DNA of 63,879 bases, filler included, from Reclinomonas americana ATCC 50394 (Eukaryota), in assembly GCA_048213135.1 (NCBI GenBank). It is 14 parts of 14 records of this genome, joined end to end, with 100 filler letters (N's around TTAATTAATTAA, not from the genome) between each part and the next. Parts side by side here need not be neighbours in the genome. Positions count along the whole stretch, not along the records: positions 22,493 to 25,138 come from AFZH01018768.1; positions 25,239 to 31,586 come from AFZH01018769.1; positions 31,687 to 32,919 come from AFZH01018770.1; positions 33,020 to 35,836 come from AFZH01018771.1; 10 more parts are not named here. One strand, 5' to 3'. Below, piece after piece: positions 22,857 through 35,398 of the stretch. How positions within the stretch are numbered: position 1 is the stretch's first letter; each line of letters begins with the position of its first letter. Made by a program: the position numbers and the translations under genes. The notes beneath the pieces are model-generated. The model was not told the origin of the DNA. It ran no database searches and was given only the letters and a program-made list of their open reading frames with translations.

Positions 22857-24911
22857 GTCGGTGAGGCGAAGCGTGGGAAGGTGGCTGCTGGTGATTGTGC
22901 GTTATTTCGTGTCTTGTGCGGGGCTGCGGGTGGTTATGCGAGTGCTGGGTGGCGGAAGAGAGAAGACAGAGGAAAGGCAGAGATCGTTGTTGATGATGAT
23001 GAATTGCTCACCGTGCTTGTTGCCCTGATGTGAGTGTGGGCGTGAAGGATATCTCTCTCTCTCTGGATGCGTGTCTCATTCTCACCTCCATTTTGTGTGC
23101 GAGCGAGATGAATCACTTGGGAGTCTGTTGTGTCATTAATATTTTGTCTCGTTGTAATGTCTGTTGTGCGTATCTTTCATCGTGCATGTGTGTGCCTCAG
23201 GAAAGCGAGTGCCGGTGATTGTTTTCTCGCGTATTATTTTGCGTACTTCGTTTGCGTCACTGCTCTGCTTCCCATTGTGCATGTGTGCCGGTGATGTTCT
23301 CCTTCTGGCTCAGCAGGATGCATGTCATTCCGATCTCGAGCCCTCCTTCCCTGTCCCTTGTAGAGTCTCTCTCTCTCTCTCTATCTCCACCGTCTCCCTC
23401 CTTTGTGCGCTCATCATCTTCCCCAGTCGTCCACCCCTCCTTCCAGCACAAGCTCAAGGCCGAGAATGATGGTCTGCTCACCGTGTTACGATTTCCATCC
23501 TGCCAGTCCATCACGGTGAGCTTCCCGACACCGAAGTGTGTGGGGTGGTTGACTGCATGCTGATTCTTCTCTCCCTCTCCTTTGCAGGATGGATGTGTGT
23601 GCAGAACCGTCCCTTGGCTTGCCACTTGTCCAATCCAGTGTGTTGGCATCAGGTGCTTATCGGTGTGTTTGTCAGTGAGACAGAGCAGATATCTCTCTCC
23701 TACCGCCATTCCTTTTGCTCACAGTGCACCGGCATGCAGGCACCTTAGGGGCAGGTCCCCCTCGTTGTTCCGTAATGATTGCAGGCGTGCTGTGCATCGC
23801 CCGCTGCCGGCTGGCACCTCACTCAGTCGGCTCCCCACCCGCATCCCACCATGCACGATGCAGTTGTGTGGACTTGTTCGGCGTGATCTTTCTTTCCTCT
23901 TTCCCTCCCACTCACCTCATCCATACAGGCCGTGCGTGTCGTGGAGCGCGTGGCTGGGTGGATGTACACATGCATGCCGTGATGTGCGATGGATGGCCTG
24001 CAGCTGGTCGGTGGATCGTTTTCAATCCCGGCTGGCAAGTCGGAGCAGATCGATGATGTGCGCACGTTGGTTGCTACTCACACTGCCGAGTGACAATGGT
24101 GGTGGCCACGGAAGACTGCAGACGTCGACGCGTGATCGGCCAGCAACACATGGTGCGTGCGTGTTCTGTATCTGCACTGAGGAGCAAGTTGATGAGACTC
24201 GGAGATCGACTGACTCAGTTCGGTGTGTGCCATGAACACAGGCGTGCTGGCAAGTGACTGGCATGCGAAGACACGTGGTTCCGTGCCTCACAGTACCTGC
24301 GTGACACGATTCACCGACCGAATGTGAGTGTGATTGAAGGCACGAGACGTTGATTGTGACTTGGGTGATAGGAGACGAGTCTCACGACGTAGCTGCCTCG
24401 TCCACCGCTGAGCTGCTGTGCTGGTCGCTGCTCTCCTGTCTCTTGTGGCTCCTTTTCTTCATTGTCTCACCTCAACTTCGCTGTGGGCCGACCCAAGGAG
24501 GCGTGAGGTTTCGATGACTCGGTGCTCCATGTTTCTCGGCTGTGCTGTGGCATCAGCACGTGCACAACTGCACATCCAAGCAGCCCAGCGCTCCAGTCCT
24601 CGTTGAGAGAGAATGATGGTCAGTCGAAATGAAGGATCGCTGGACATGCACGGTGCAGTGGAGCGCCACCTTGTGTCACCACCGCCTGCATGTCCATTCT
24701 GTCGATTTCTCTTCGACAAGTCTCATGTCGGCCTTCGAAAGCCCACACGCATCATCGGAGCCACATCACTCACACACTACCGCATGCTGTGTGGGTGCTG
24801 GCTGCAGCGCAGCGAGGGATGCGGAAGCGTCTCAGAGCAAGGCGGGAGAAGAAAGGCGGGAAACAGTGACAATCCCGAGCGAGCATATCACACACACACA
24901 ACGCACGGAGA

Positions 24912-25765
24912 ATGGCAACCAAGGTGTGAATGTATGCGCACTTTTGCGTGGTTGGTGACTGTACATGCATTCGTGTGCTCGTGCATGTGCGGTTGTTGTT
25001 TGTGTGCTTGTGCGCCTCACCGCGAATGATCGGCACAGATCATTCAGAGTCTCGCTTCTTCGGTGCGGTCCGTCGCTGTCACTCCCGACGGCAAGCACAT
25101 TGTCGGTGGGTGCTTGGACAACTCCGTTCGTGTGTGGTNNNNNNNNNNNNNNNNNNNNNNNNNNNNNNNNNNNNNNNNNNNNTTAATTAATTAANNNNNN
25201 NNNNNNNNNNNNNNNNNNNNNNNNNNNNNNNNNNNNNNTAGTGCGGCGGTTGGAGGGGCACACTGACTGGGTGGTTTCAGTCGCTGTTACTCCAGACGGT
25301 CAGCACATCGTGAGTGGCAGTAGGGACAACACGGTGAGAGTGTGGTCACTGACGAGTGGAGAAGAAGTGCGACAGTTGGAGGGACACACTGGATGGGTGT
25401 CGTCTGTCACCGTCACCTCCAATGGCCAGCATGTCGTGAGTGGGAGCGAGGACAGCACCGTGCGGGTATGGTCTCTGGAGAGTGGCGAGGAGGTGCGGCG
25501 GTTGGAGGGACACACGCACCTAGTGATATCTGTTGCCGTCTCTCACGATGGTCAGCACATTGTGAGTGCCGGTGGCTACGACAAGACCGTGCGAGTGTGG
25601 TCCACTCCGCGTGGCCTTGCTCGCTTTGAACTCGACGCCGCGCGCTCGGCCATGCATGCTGTGCAAGAGATGCAGGAGGATGAAGAAGATGCACGATGCC
25701 TTCCCGAGCTGGTTCTGCGCTGCTTCATCGTCGAAGATGCCGAGGTCGTCCTTTTCCGGTGCTGA
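24912..25765 (+). CDS. WD40 array copy 2 (type A, interrupted by a gap)
   Basis: ATGGCAACCAAG|gt, exon 2 from 25039, 42-aa repeats, C-terminus CLPELVLRCFIVEDAEVVLFRC*. Confidence 0.82.
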
Positions 25766-27754
25766 GGTGGTGAGCCGAAGGGAGAAGGTGGCTGCTGGTG
25801 ATTGTGTGTTGTTTTTCTTGTTGTGCGAGGGAGAATGGGTGGTTGTGCGTGGTGCAGGTGGGGAAAGAGAGGATGACAGACGAGAGGAGAGAAGTCGACG
25901 TGGATGATGCAGAATTGTTCTCTGTGTTTGTTGTCCTGCCATGCGAATGCGGGTGTGCGGTTGTGAAGCATGTCTCTCGCTGTTTACGTGACTCTTTCTC
26001 ACCTCAGTTTGTGTATGAGAGCGAGATGAATCAATTGGAGTCTGTGATTTCATTTCCCCTCGTTGTGATGTCTGTTGTGCGTGCATCTTTCGTCGCTGAT
26101 ATACGTGCCTCATGAGAGCGAGTCACCGTTTTCTGTTTCCCTCGCGTCTTGTTTGCACACTTTCTTGGCACCGCTATACTCTGCTTCCCATTGGCGCGTG
26201 CGCCGTGGACATTCTCCTTCCGCCTCGAAGAATGCCTGTCTTTCAGCTCTCTTTTTCCTGCCTCCTGCAGAGTCTATCTCTTCTCTTTCTCCACCGTCTC
26301 CCTCCTTTGTGCGCTCATTTGCCTCCCCAGCCATCCACTCCATCTTCCCGCACAAGCTCGATACGAGTATCTGCTCAAGATGCGCCGACTACCATCCTGC
26401 CATCGTGTTGGGCTGTCCATCATGGTGAGCATCTCGACGCCAAAAGTGTGTGAGGTGGCATACCTGCATGCTGACTCTCCACTCTCTCTCTCTCTCGTAG
26501 GATGGTTGTGTGAGCGTCCCTTGGCTTGCTTCTTGACAAACGCGTGTTGGTATCAGGTGCTGATCGGTGTGTTTGTCAGTTAGACAGAGCAGATTTCTCT
26601 CCCCGTCCTCTATTCCTTTATTCACAGCACACCGGCATGCAGAGACCATGGAAAACATGTCGTGGCGATGATAGGCGTGATGTGCATTGCCCGTTGTCGA
26701 CCGTCACCTCACTCACTCGGCTCCCCACTCGCATTCCACCATGCACTCAGCAGTTGTGTGGCCCTGTTCTTCGTGATCTCTCTTTCCTCCTTCCCCTCCC
26801 ACTCACCTCAATTATGCAGGCCGTGCGTGTCATGGAGAGCGTGGCTGGGTGGATGTACACATGTGTGTCGTGATGTGCGATGGATGGCCTGGTCGGTGGA
26901 TCGTTTTCAATCCCGGCTGGCAAGTCGGAGCGGATCGATGATGTGCGCACCTTGGCTGCCGCCGTCTCTGTCGAGTGATGATGCTGGTGGCCATGGAAGA
27001 CTGCAGACACGTGCTCGGCAATCTACTCATGGGTGGACACATGCGTGCACGTGTTGTGTTTCCCGATGGGTGGCCTGGTCGGTGGATCGTTCTCGATCTC
27101 GGTTGGCAAGTCAGAGCGGATCGATGATGTGCGCTTCTTGGTTGCTGCTGTCGCCGCCAAGTAATGATGGTGATGGCCATGGGAGACTGCAGACGCGCGC
27201 GTGGCCTGGTGCGCGCCGACTGTAAGTGTGATTGAAGGAATGAGGCATTTATTGTGACTTGAGTAAGAGGAGGCGAGTCCCATGACGCAGCTGCCTCGTC
27301 CACCGCTGAGCTGCTGTGCTGGTCGCTCCTCTCCTGTACAGTTTGCCATCATCGTGCCCTCATCAACCTCGCTGTGGGCCGATCCAAGGAGGTGAGGTGT
27401 TGTTGACTCGGTGCTCATTGGATTCTCGGGTGCAGGGCCACAGCTGCACATCCAAGCAGCACGGCATGCCAGTCCTCGTCGGCAGAGAATGCAGGTCAGT
27501 CAAAAGAGAGTGTCGCTGGTCAGCAGCACGGTGCAGTGGAGCGCCACCTTGTGTCGCCAGCATGTCCATGCTGCCGATTTCGCATCGACAAGTCTCATGT
27601 CGGTCTTCGACAGCCCACAATCATCTTCAGATCCACGTCGCTCACACTGCCGGTTGCTGTTGATTGCTGGCTGCAGCCTGGCGAGGGACGGCGACGTCTC
27701 AGAGCAAGGCGGGAGAAGAAAGGCGGGAACCAGTGACAATCCTGAGCGAGCAAA

Positions 27755-27802
<48 letters not shown>

Positions 27803-27885
27803 GAACAGACTCTTCGTGACCGCCACAGGAGAGTAACGACAGGGTGGCTTGCTCTCCGAAGAGCGCAAGTCGACAGAAGCGAACC

Positions 27886-27893
27886 TATAAAGA
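27886..27893 (+). promoter_or_regulatory. Possible TATA box of WD40 copy 3
   Basis: TATAAAGA about 40 nt upstream of the ATG at 27930, in an otherwise GC-rich context. Confidence 0.35.
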
Positions 27894-27929
27894 GAGGGCA
27901 CAAGTGACATCTATCCTTCCCCTTCTCCA

Positions 27930-29056
27930 ATGACAACCAAGGTGCGCTCACTTGTGTGAGGAATTCGTGTGTGTGACTGCTGTTCTCTTTGTGCGCGTCT
28001 CACTATGTGACACAGGTCTTGCGGGGTCAAACAGACGCTGTGAAGTGTGTCACCATCACTCCCGATGGCCAACACATCGTGAGCGGCGGCTCTGACGGAT
28101 CGGTGATAATGTGGTCACTCGTGAGTGGAGAACAAGTGCGACGGTTGGAGAGGCACGCTGGATGGGTGACCTCCGTCGCTGTCACTCCCGATGGCCAGCA
28201 CATTGTGAGCGGTGGCATGGATAAGACAGTTCGAGTGTGGTCTTTGGCAAGTGGCAAGGAGGTGCGACGACTCGAGGGACACACTGCATACGTGTGGTGT
28301 GTGGCCATGTCTCCCGATGGCCTGCACATTGTGAGTGGTGACTTGCACAAGACCATTCGCGTGTGGTCCCTCACGAGTGGGGAACAAGGGCGACCGTTGG
28401 AGGGCCACACTAGCGTGGTGTTCTCTGTCGCTTTCACGCCGAATGGCCAGTACATTGTCAGTGGCAGCTGGGACGGCACAATTCGAGTGTGGTCCGTTGC
28501 GAGTGGGGAGGAAGTATGGCTGCTGGAAGGGCACACTGAGAGAGTGTGGTCTGTTGCCATCTCTCCCGACGGTCAGCATGTTGTGAGCGGAGGTTCTGAC
28601 AAGACAATACGATTGTGGTCGCTGGCGAGTGGCCAAGAAGTGCGACAGCTGAACGGCCACACCGATGCAGTGCTGTCAGTTGCTGTCACTTCCGATAGTC
28701 AGTACATTGTCAGTGGCAGTCGGGACAACACGGTGCGGGTGTGGTCACTGGCGAGTGGGGAACAAGTGCGGCGGCTTGATGGGCACACTAGCTTGGTGGT
28801 CTCCGTCGCTGCTGCCCCCGATGGCCAGCACATCGTGAGTGGCAGTCAGGATAAAACGATCCGTGTGTGGTCCACGCCGCGTGGGCTGGCGCGGCAAGAG
28901 CTTGCGGCCGCGCAATCAGCTGTGCTGGCCATCAACGAGCTGCTTGCCGAAGAAGATGACTGTGACTGGATCCTGGTCGACGTTGTGCTGCGGTGCTTCG
29001 TGTTGGAGGATGCAGAGGTGATTGAACGCCGTGCGCCTGGATGGTGCTGGACGTAG
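27930..29056 (+). CDS. WD40 array copy 3 (type B, complete, 7 repeats)
   Basis: ATGACAACCAAG|gt...acag|GTCTTGCGG, seven 126-nt repeats, C-terminus STPRGLARQELAAAQSAVLAINELL..DWILVDVVLRCFVLEDAEVIERRAPGWCWT*. Confidence 0.92.
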
Positions 29057-30012
29057 TGAGCTCAATGAATGTACGAAGACTGATGGCTGTCACTGCGCGA
29101 CTCTCTCCTGTTGACCGTCACACCGCCTCATACGTGCCAAGATGCTTCTCCACTGCATTGCCAGGAGAAGGAAGGCCGGAAAGCGGGTACAGCACACTGC
29201 AGTGAGATTGCAACAAGAATACGCCGAGAACGATGTGTGTGTGTGTGTGTGCTTGTGTGTGTTTGGGTGGTTGAGGTGAGACCATGGATGAATAGACACG
29301 CGCTGCTCGGCATTGAGCGAGTCCTCGCTCATCCACACACTCACACACGCCTTGTGCTTGCGCCTATGTCCCACTGTCATTCGAACGCGACGGAGATGCC
29401 AGCCTGTCGCTGTTGTTTGAAGCAGCGGGCATCATCGCCAGCCTGCCCCTCTCACACTGGCACCGCATGAACATGGAGAGCGCATTAATCATCGATTCAG
29501 ATGGCCACCCTTCTCGCCACACACGCTACGGGGAGAGAGAGAGCGCACTTGCCCTGCACACTCGTTTTCTGCACGGTGCATGTATATCCGGTGTGACGCA
29601 CCCGCTCACGAGTTGCATTGCCTCATGGCTCTCTTTGTGAATCGAGTGTTCTTGCCTCTCCACCCGACCCACATGCGTGGCTCGGAGGGAGTTGATGCTC
29701 ATGGCGGGTCGAGTTGTACAGGCTCGGCATATGCATGCATGCACGCACATTCAATGCCACAACATCTCACTCACATCGCTGGTTGAGAATGAAGCACCAC
29801 GACGAGGACGCAGAGAGACAGGGGGCACTGAGACATAGACAGCACTACGAGACGCACGCACGCACACGCGAGAGAAAGAGGATGTTGATGTTCCGTCGGA
29901 TGAATCAATCACGCACACACACACTAACACGCGCACGACACACACACACCCTCTCTCTCTCACACACACACACACACGCACACTCACTCACTCACTCACA
30001 CGCACACGGAGA

Positions 30013-31189
30013 ATGGCAACAAAGGTGTGAATGTGTGCGCACTTTTTGCGTGGTTGGCGTCGACGTCTGCGTGCATTCGTGTGCTTGTTCATGTGTGCAG
30101 TTGTTGTTGTGTGCTTATGTGTGCGGTTGTTGCTGTGTGTGCGCGTCTCACCGTGAGTGATCGACACAGATCATTCAGAGTCCCGCTGCAGTGAGGTCCG
30201 TCACCATCACTCCCGACGGCAAGCACATTGTTGGTGGGTGTGTGGACGGAATTATTCGTATGTGGTCTTTGGCGAATGGGGAAGAAGTGCGACGGCTGGT
30301 GGGACACACTAATGTGGTGTGGTCTGTCGCTCTCACTCCCGACGGGCGGCACGTTGTGAGTGGGTGTGGAGACTGTACCGTACGTGTGTGGTCGCTGGCT
30401 AGTGGGGAGGAGGTAAGACGGCAAGAGGGACACACTTGTGCGGTGGCATCTGTCGCCGTCACCCCCGACGGTAAGCACGTCATCAGCGGCAGCTACGATT
30501 ACACAGTGAGAGTGTGGCTGTTGGCAAGTGGAGAGGAGGTGCGGCGGCTGGAGGGACACACCGGATGGGTAAAGTCTGTCGCCGTCACCCCCGATGGACA
30601 GCACATTGTCAGTGGCGGTGGAGATAACACAATGCGGGTATGGTTGCTGGCGAGCGGGGAAGAAGTGCGACGGTTGGCGGGACACACTGGATGGGTGCAA
30701 TCTGTTGCTGTTACTCCAGACGGTCAGCACGTCGTGAGTGGCAGTAGGGACAACACGGTGAGGGTGTGGTCTCTGGCAAGTGGGGAGGAGGTGAGACGGT
30801 TGGCGGGACACACTGCATTTGTACAATCGATCGCCATCACTCCTGACTGTCAGTACGTCGTGAGTGGGAGTGGGGACAGTACCATTCGGGTGTGGTCTCT
30901 GGCGAGTGGAGAGGAAATGCGACGGTTGGAGGGACACACTGAATGGGTATCGTATGTGGCCGTCTCTCCCGATGGTCAGCACATTGTGAGTGCGGGTGGT
31001 CAAGATAAGACCGTGCGAGTGTGGTCCACGCCGCGTGGCCTTGCTCGCTTCGAACTCGACGCCGCGCGCTTGGCCATGCGAGCTGTGCAGGAGATGCAGG
31101 AGGAAGAAGTAGATTCACGATGCCTTCCCGAGCTGGTTCTGCGCTGTTTCATCGTCGAGGATGCCGAGGTCGTCCTTTTTCGGTGCTGA
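30013..31189 (+). CDS. WD40 array copy 4 (type A, complete, 7 repeats)
   Basis: ATGGCAACAAAG|gt, exon 2 IIQSPAAVRSVTITPDG..., seven repeats, CLPELVLRCFIVEDAEVVLFRC*. Confidence 0.92.
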
Positions 31190-32766
31190 GTTGGTGAGTC
31201 GAAGGGGGGCAAGAGCGGTGGCTGCTGGCGATCGTGAGTTGTTTTTTCGTGTCTTGCGAGGGTGAGTGGGTGATCATGCGGGTGCGGGTGGGGGAGAGAG
31301 AGGACGCCAGAGGAAGAGAGAGAGGTCGTTGTTGATGGTGAAGAATTGTTCTCCCGTGCTTGTTGCCCTGTCATGTACACGTGAATGTGATTGTGCGGGC
31401 GTGAAGCATGTCTCCCTCTGTAGGCGTGCGTTTTCCTCACCTCAATGCGTGTGTGTGCGTACCAGCGCGATGGATCACATGGGGAAATGGTGTGTCTTTC
31501 TTGTCTTGTTGTGTTGCGCGTGCATCTTTTGTCGTGCGTATGTGCCTCGGGAGAGCAAGTCACCGATATTTGTTTCATCGCTTCTTNNNNNNNNNNNNNN
31601 NNNNNNNNNNNNNNNNNNNNNNNNNNNNNNTTAATTAATTAANNNNNNNNNNNNNNNNNNNNNNNNNNNNNNNNNNNNNNNNNNNNGACTCCACACCTGA
31701 ATCCCACCAATGCACGATGCAGGTGTGTGGACTTGTTCGGCGTGCACGTGATCTTTCTTTCCTCTTTCCCTCCCACTCACTTCATTCATGCAGGCCGTCC
31801 ATGCCATGGAGGGCGTGGCTGTGTGGGTGTACACATGCGTGTCGTGATGTGCGATGGATGGCCTGGTTGGTGGATCGTTTTCAATCCCGGTTGGCAAGTC
31901 GGAGCGGATCGATGGTGTGCGCACCTTGGTTGCTGCTGTGGTCATGGGAGACTGCAGACACAAGCTTGGCCAGCAACTCGTGGTGCGTGCGTGTTCTCCT
32001 CCTTCGTTGAGGAGCAAGTTGCTGAGACTTGGAGATTGACTGACTCAGTTCTGTGTGTGATCTGAACACAGGCGTGCTGGCAAGGGACTGGTATGCGAAG
32101 GCACGTGGTTCCGTGCCTCACAGTACTAGTACCTGCGTGAGTCAATGTACCGACCGACTGTGAGTGTGATTGAAGGCGGGAGGCATTAATTGTGAGGAGG
32201 CGAGTCTCACAACACAGCTGCCACTTCATCGCGATCGCTGAGCGGCTGTGCTGGTCGTTCCTCTCCTGTTCCTTTTGACTCTCCTTCTTCATTGTTCCAT
32301 CCTCGTGTGCCCCTAATCAGCCTCGCTGTGGGCCGACCCAAGGAGGTGTGAGGTATCCTTGACTCGGTGCTCATTAATATTGGATTCTCGGGTGTGTCGT
32401 GGCATCAGCACAACAGGACCATAACTGCGTATCCAAGCAGCCCGACATTCCAATCCTCGTTGAGAGAGAATGCAGGGCAGTTGAAAGAGAGTGTCGCTGG
32501 ACATGTACGGCTCAGTCGAGCGCCACCTCGAACCACCACCCTTGTCCATTCTGCCGATTTCCCATCGACAAGTCCCATGTTGGTCTTCGACCCCACACGC
32601 ATCAAAGAACCACATCGTTCACACACTGCCGCATGTTGCGTGGGGTACTGGCTGCAGCCTGGCGAGGGATGGACGACGTCTCGGAGCAAGGCGGGAGAAG
32701 AAAGGCGGGAAACGGTGACAATTCTGAGCGAGCAAATCACTCACTCACACGCATGCACGGCGGGGA

Positions 32767-33196
32767 ATGGCAACAAAGGTGTGAATGTGTGCGCACTTTT
32801 GCGTGGTTGGTGTCTGTGCGTTCATTGGTGTGCTCGTGCGTGTGTGTGCGGTTGTTGTTTGTGTTGTTGTGCTCTTCAAATGTTGCAATGAGTGCGCGCC
32901 TCACCGCGGGTGATTGGCANNNNNNNNNNNNNNNNNNNNNNNNNNNNNNNNNNNNNNNNNNNNTTAATTAATTAANNNNNNNNNNNNNNNNNNNNNNNNN
33001 NNNNNNNNNNNNNNNNNNNGTGCGAGTGTGGTCCACGCCGCGTGGCCTTGCTAGCCTCGAACTCGACGCCGCGCGCTCGGCCCTGCGAGCGGTGCAGGAG
33101 ATGCAGGAGGAAGAAGTAGATTCACGATGCCTTCCCGAGCTGGTTCTGCGCTGTTTCATCGTCGAGGATGCCGAGGTCGTCTTTTTCCAGTGCTGA
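32767..33196 (+). CDS. WD40 array copy 5 (type A, repeat region lost in the gap)
   Basis: Exon 1 ATGGCAACAAAG|gt at 32767. After the gap VRVWSTPRGLASLELDAARSALRAVQEM...VVFFQC*. Confidence 0.75.
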
Positions 33197-34624
33197 GTTG
33201 GTGAGTCGGAGGGAGGGAGAGCGGTGGCTACTGGTGATTGTGAGTTGTTTTTCGTGTCTTGCGAGGGAGAGTGGGTGATCATGCGGGATGCAGGTGGGGG
33301 AAGAGAGGATGGCAGAGGAAGGCAGAGGTTGTTGTTTAGGAGGAGCTCTCCCGTCGGTTTTTCCTGTCACGTAAATGTGAGTGAGAGGTCGTGAAGCATG
33401 TCTCTCTCTGTGTGTGTGTGTGTGTGCTTGTTTCCTTCTCACCTCAGTTTGTGTGTGCCAGCGCGATGAATCACTTGGGTATCTCTTGCGTCTTTTTCGT
33501 CTTTTTTGATGTCTGTTGTGCGTGCATCTTTCGTCGCCCATGTGAGTGCCTCAGTGAGCGAGATACGATGATTGTTTTCTCGCGTCTTGATTCACCTTCT
33601 TGGTGCCACTTTTCTTCCTCTCATCGTGCGTGTGCACCGTAGACATTCTCCTTCCGCCCTGAAGAATGCATGTCAATCCGCTCTCGAGCCCTCCTTCTCT
33701 GTCCCTTGTAGAGTCTCTCTTTCTCCACCGTCTCCCTCCTTTGTGCGCTCATTTGCCTCCCCAGTCATCCACCCCATCCTTCCCACACACGTTCGATGCC
33801 GAGGATGCTGGCCTGCTCATGATGCACCGATTGCCATGCTACCATCGTGTTGGGCCGTCCATCATGGTGAGCATCCCGACACCGAAGGATGTATACTGCC
33901 TGCAGGCTGATACTGCTCTCTCTGTCTCCTTTGAAGGATGGTTGTGCGTGCAGAACCGTCCCTCGGCTTGCCTCCTGACCAACTATCAGATGCTGATCGG
34001 TGTGTTCGTCACGTGAGACAGAGCAGATGTCTCTCTTTCCTCCATTCCTATGCTCACAGTACACTGGCATGCAGACACCTTGGAAGCCCGTGCTTGCCGT
34101 CGGCCGTGACGATGACAGACGTGCTGTGCATCTCCCGTTACCGGCTGTCACCTTACTCACACGGCTCTCCACTCGAATCCCACCGTGCACGATGCAGGTG
34201 TGTGGCCTTGTTCGTCGTGATCTCTCTTTCCTTCTTCCCTCCCACTCACCGCATACATGCAGACCGTGCATGTCATGAGGTGCGTGGCGTGGTTGGTGTA
34301 CACATGCGTTCCGTGATGTGCGATGGTGGCCTGGTCGGTGGATCGGTATCAATACCGGCTGGCAAGTCGGAGCGGATCCATGATGCGCGTTTTCTGGCTG
34401 TTGCTGTTTCTGCCGAGTGACGATGGTGGTGGCCATGGAAGGCTGGCACGTGCGAGGCCAGCAAGACATGGTGCGTGCGTGTTGGGAGCAAGTTGGTGAG
34501 ACTGGGAGATTGACTGGCTCAGTGCTGTGTGTGTGATCGGAACACAGGCGTGCTGGCAAGTGACTCGCCACTGGCATGCATGCAACATGACGTCGATGGC
34601 GCGTGACTCCATGCCTCACAGTAC

Positions 34625-35221
34625 GTGCATGAGACGAGTCAGGACCGGAGTGTGCGCGTGTGGTGTGCGGCGAGTGGCGAGGAAGTGCGTCGCTTCTGCG
34701 GCCACACGGACACGGTGTTGTCGGTCGCCGTCACTCCAGATGGTCAGCACGTTGTGAGCGGAGGTGATGACAAGACGGTGCGAATGTGGTCACTGGCGAA
34801 TGGGGCTGAAGTGCGGCGTTTGGAGGGACACTGTGACGCGGTTCTGTCGGTGGCCGTTTCTGCCGATGGAGAGTTTATCGTGAGTGGCGGTAAAGACGAA
34901 ACGGTGCGAGTTTGGTCGCAGGCGAACGGTGAGGAGCGGCGACTCTTGAAGGGAGCTGCGGACGGTGTGAACTCTGTCACCGTCACTCCCGATGGCCTGT
35001 GCATCGTGAGTGGGAGTACCGACAGAACGATCCGAGTGTGGTCCACGCCGCGTGGACTTGCCGGTCAAGATGTTGCGGCCGCACGACTGGCGATGCTGGC
35101 CGTCAACGAGTTGCTGGTCGGCGAGGAGGACGATGGTCGTGACTGGATCCTCGTGGATGTCGTGCTGCGGTGTTGTGTGTTGGAGGATGCTAAGGTGGTT
35201 GAGCGTCGCGCACTTTGGTAG
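34625..35221 (+). pseudogene. WD40 array copy 6 (type B), 5'-truncated to ~3 repeats and fused to the spacer
   Basis: Lacks the MxTK exon 1 and upstream block. Spacer sequence runs directly into QDRSVRVW. Type-B tail GRDWILVDVVLRCCVLEDAKVVERRALW*. Confidence 0.7.
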
Positions 35222-35398
35222 CGCAATGAACCATGCCCTGCACGAGTTGTATGTCAGGTACCTGATCCCTGTCCCCTCAGCTGGCTGTTTGTGCCCCTCG
35301 TTACCCCACCCATGTCAATTCTATTGTTTCAAGGCCAGAGCTTCTTCTTCACTTCCACAATCCTCAGCTTGCGCACGGTGTCACTTGGGTGGTGCAGA

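Larger units (their letters stand above)
20488..34625. repeat. Tandem segmental duplication: ~2-kb spacer repeated between the WD40 genes (5 copies, some partial)
   Basis: Shared blocks such as gtcggtggatcgttttcaatcccggctggcaagtcggagcggatcgatgat near 20975, 24007, 26892, 31868 and 34332, plus shared 3'-flank and upstream blocks. Confidence 0.92.
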
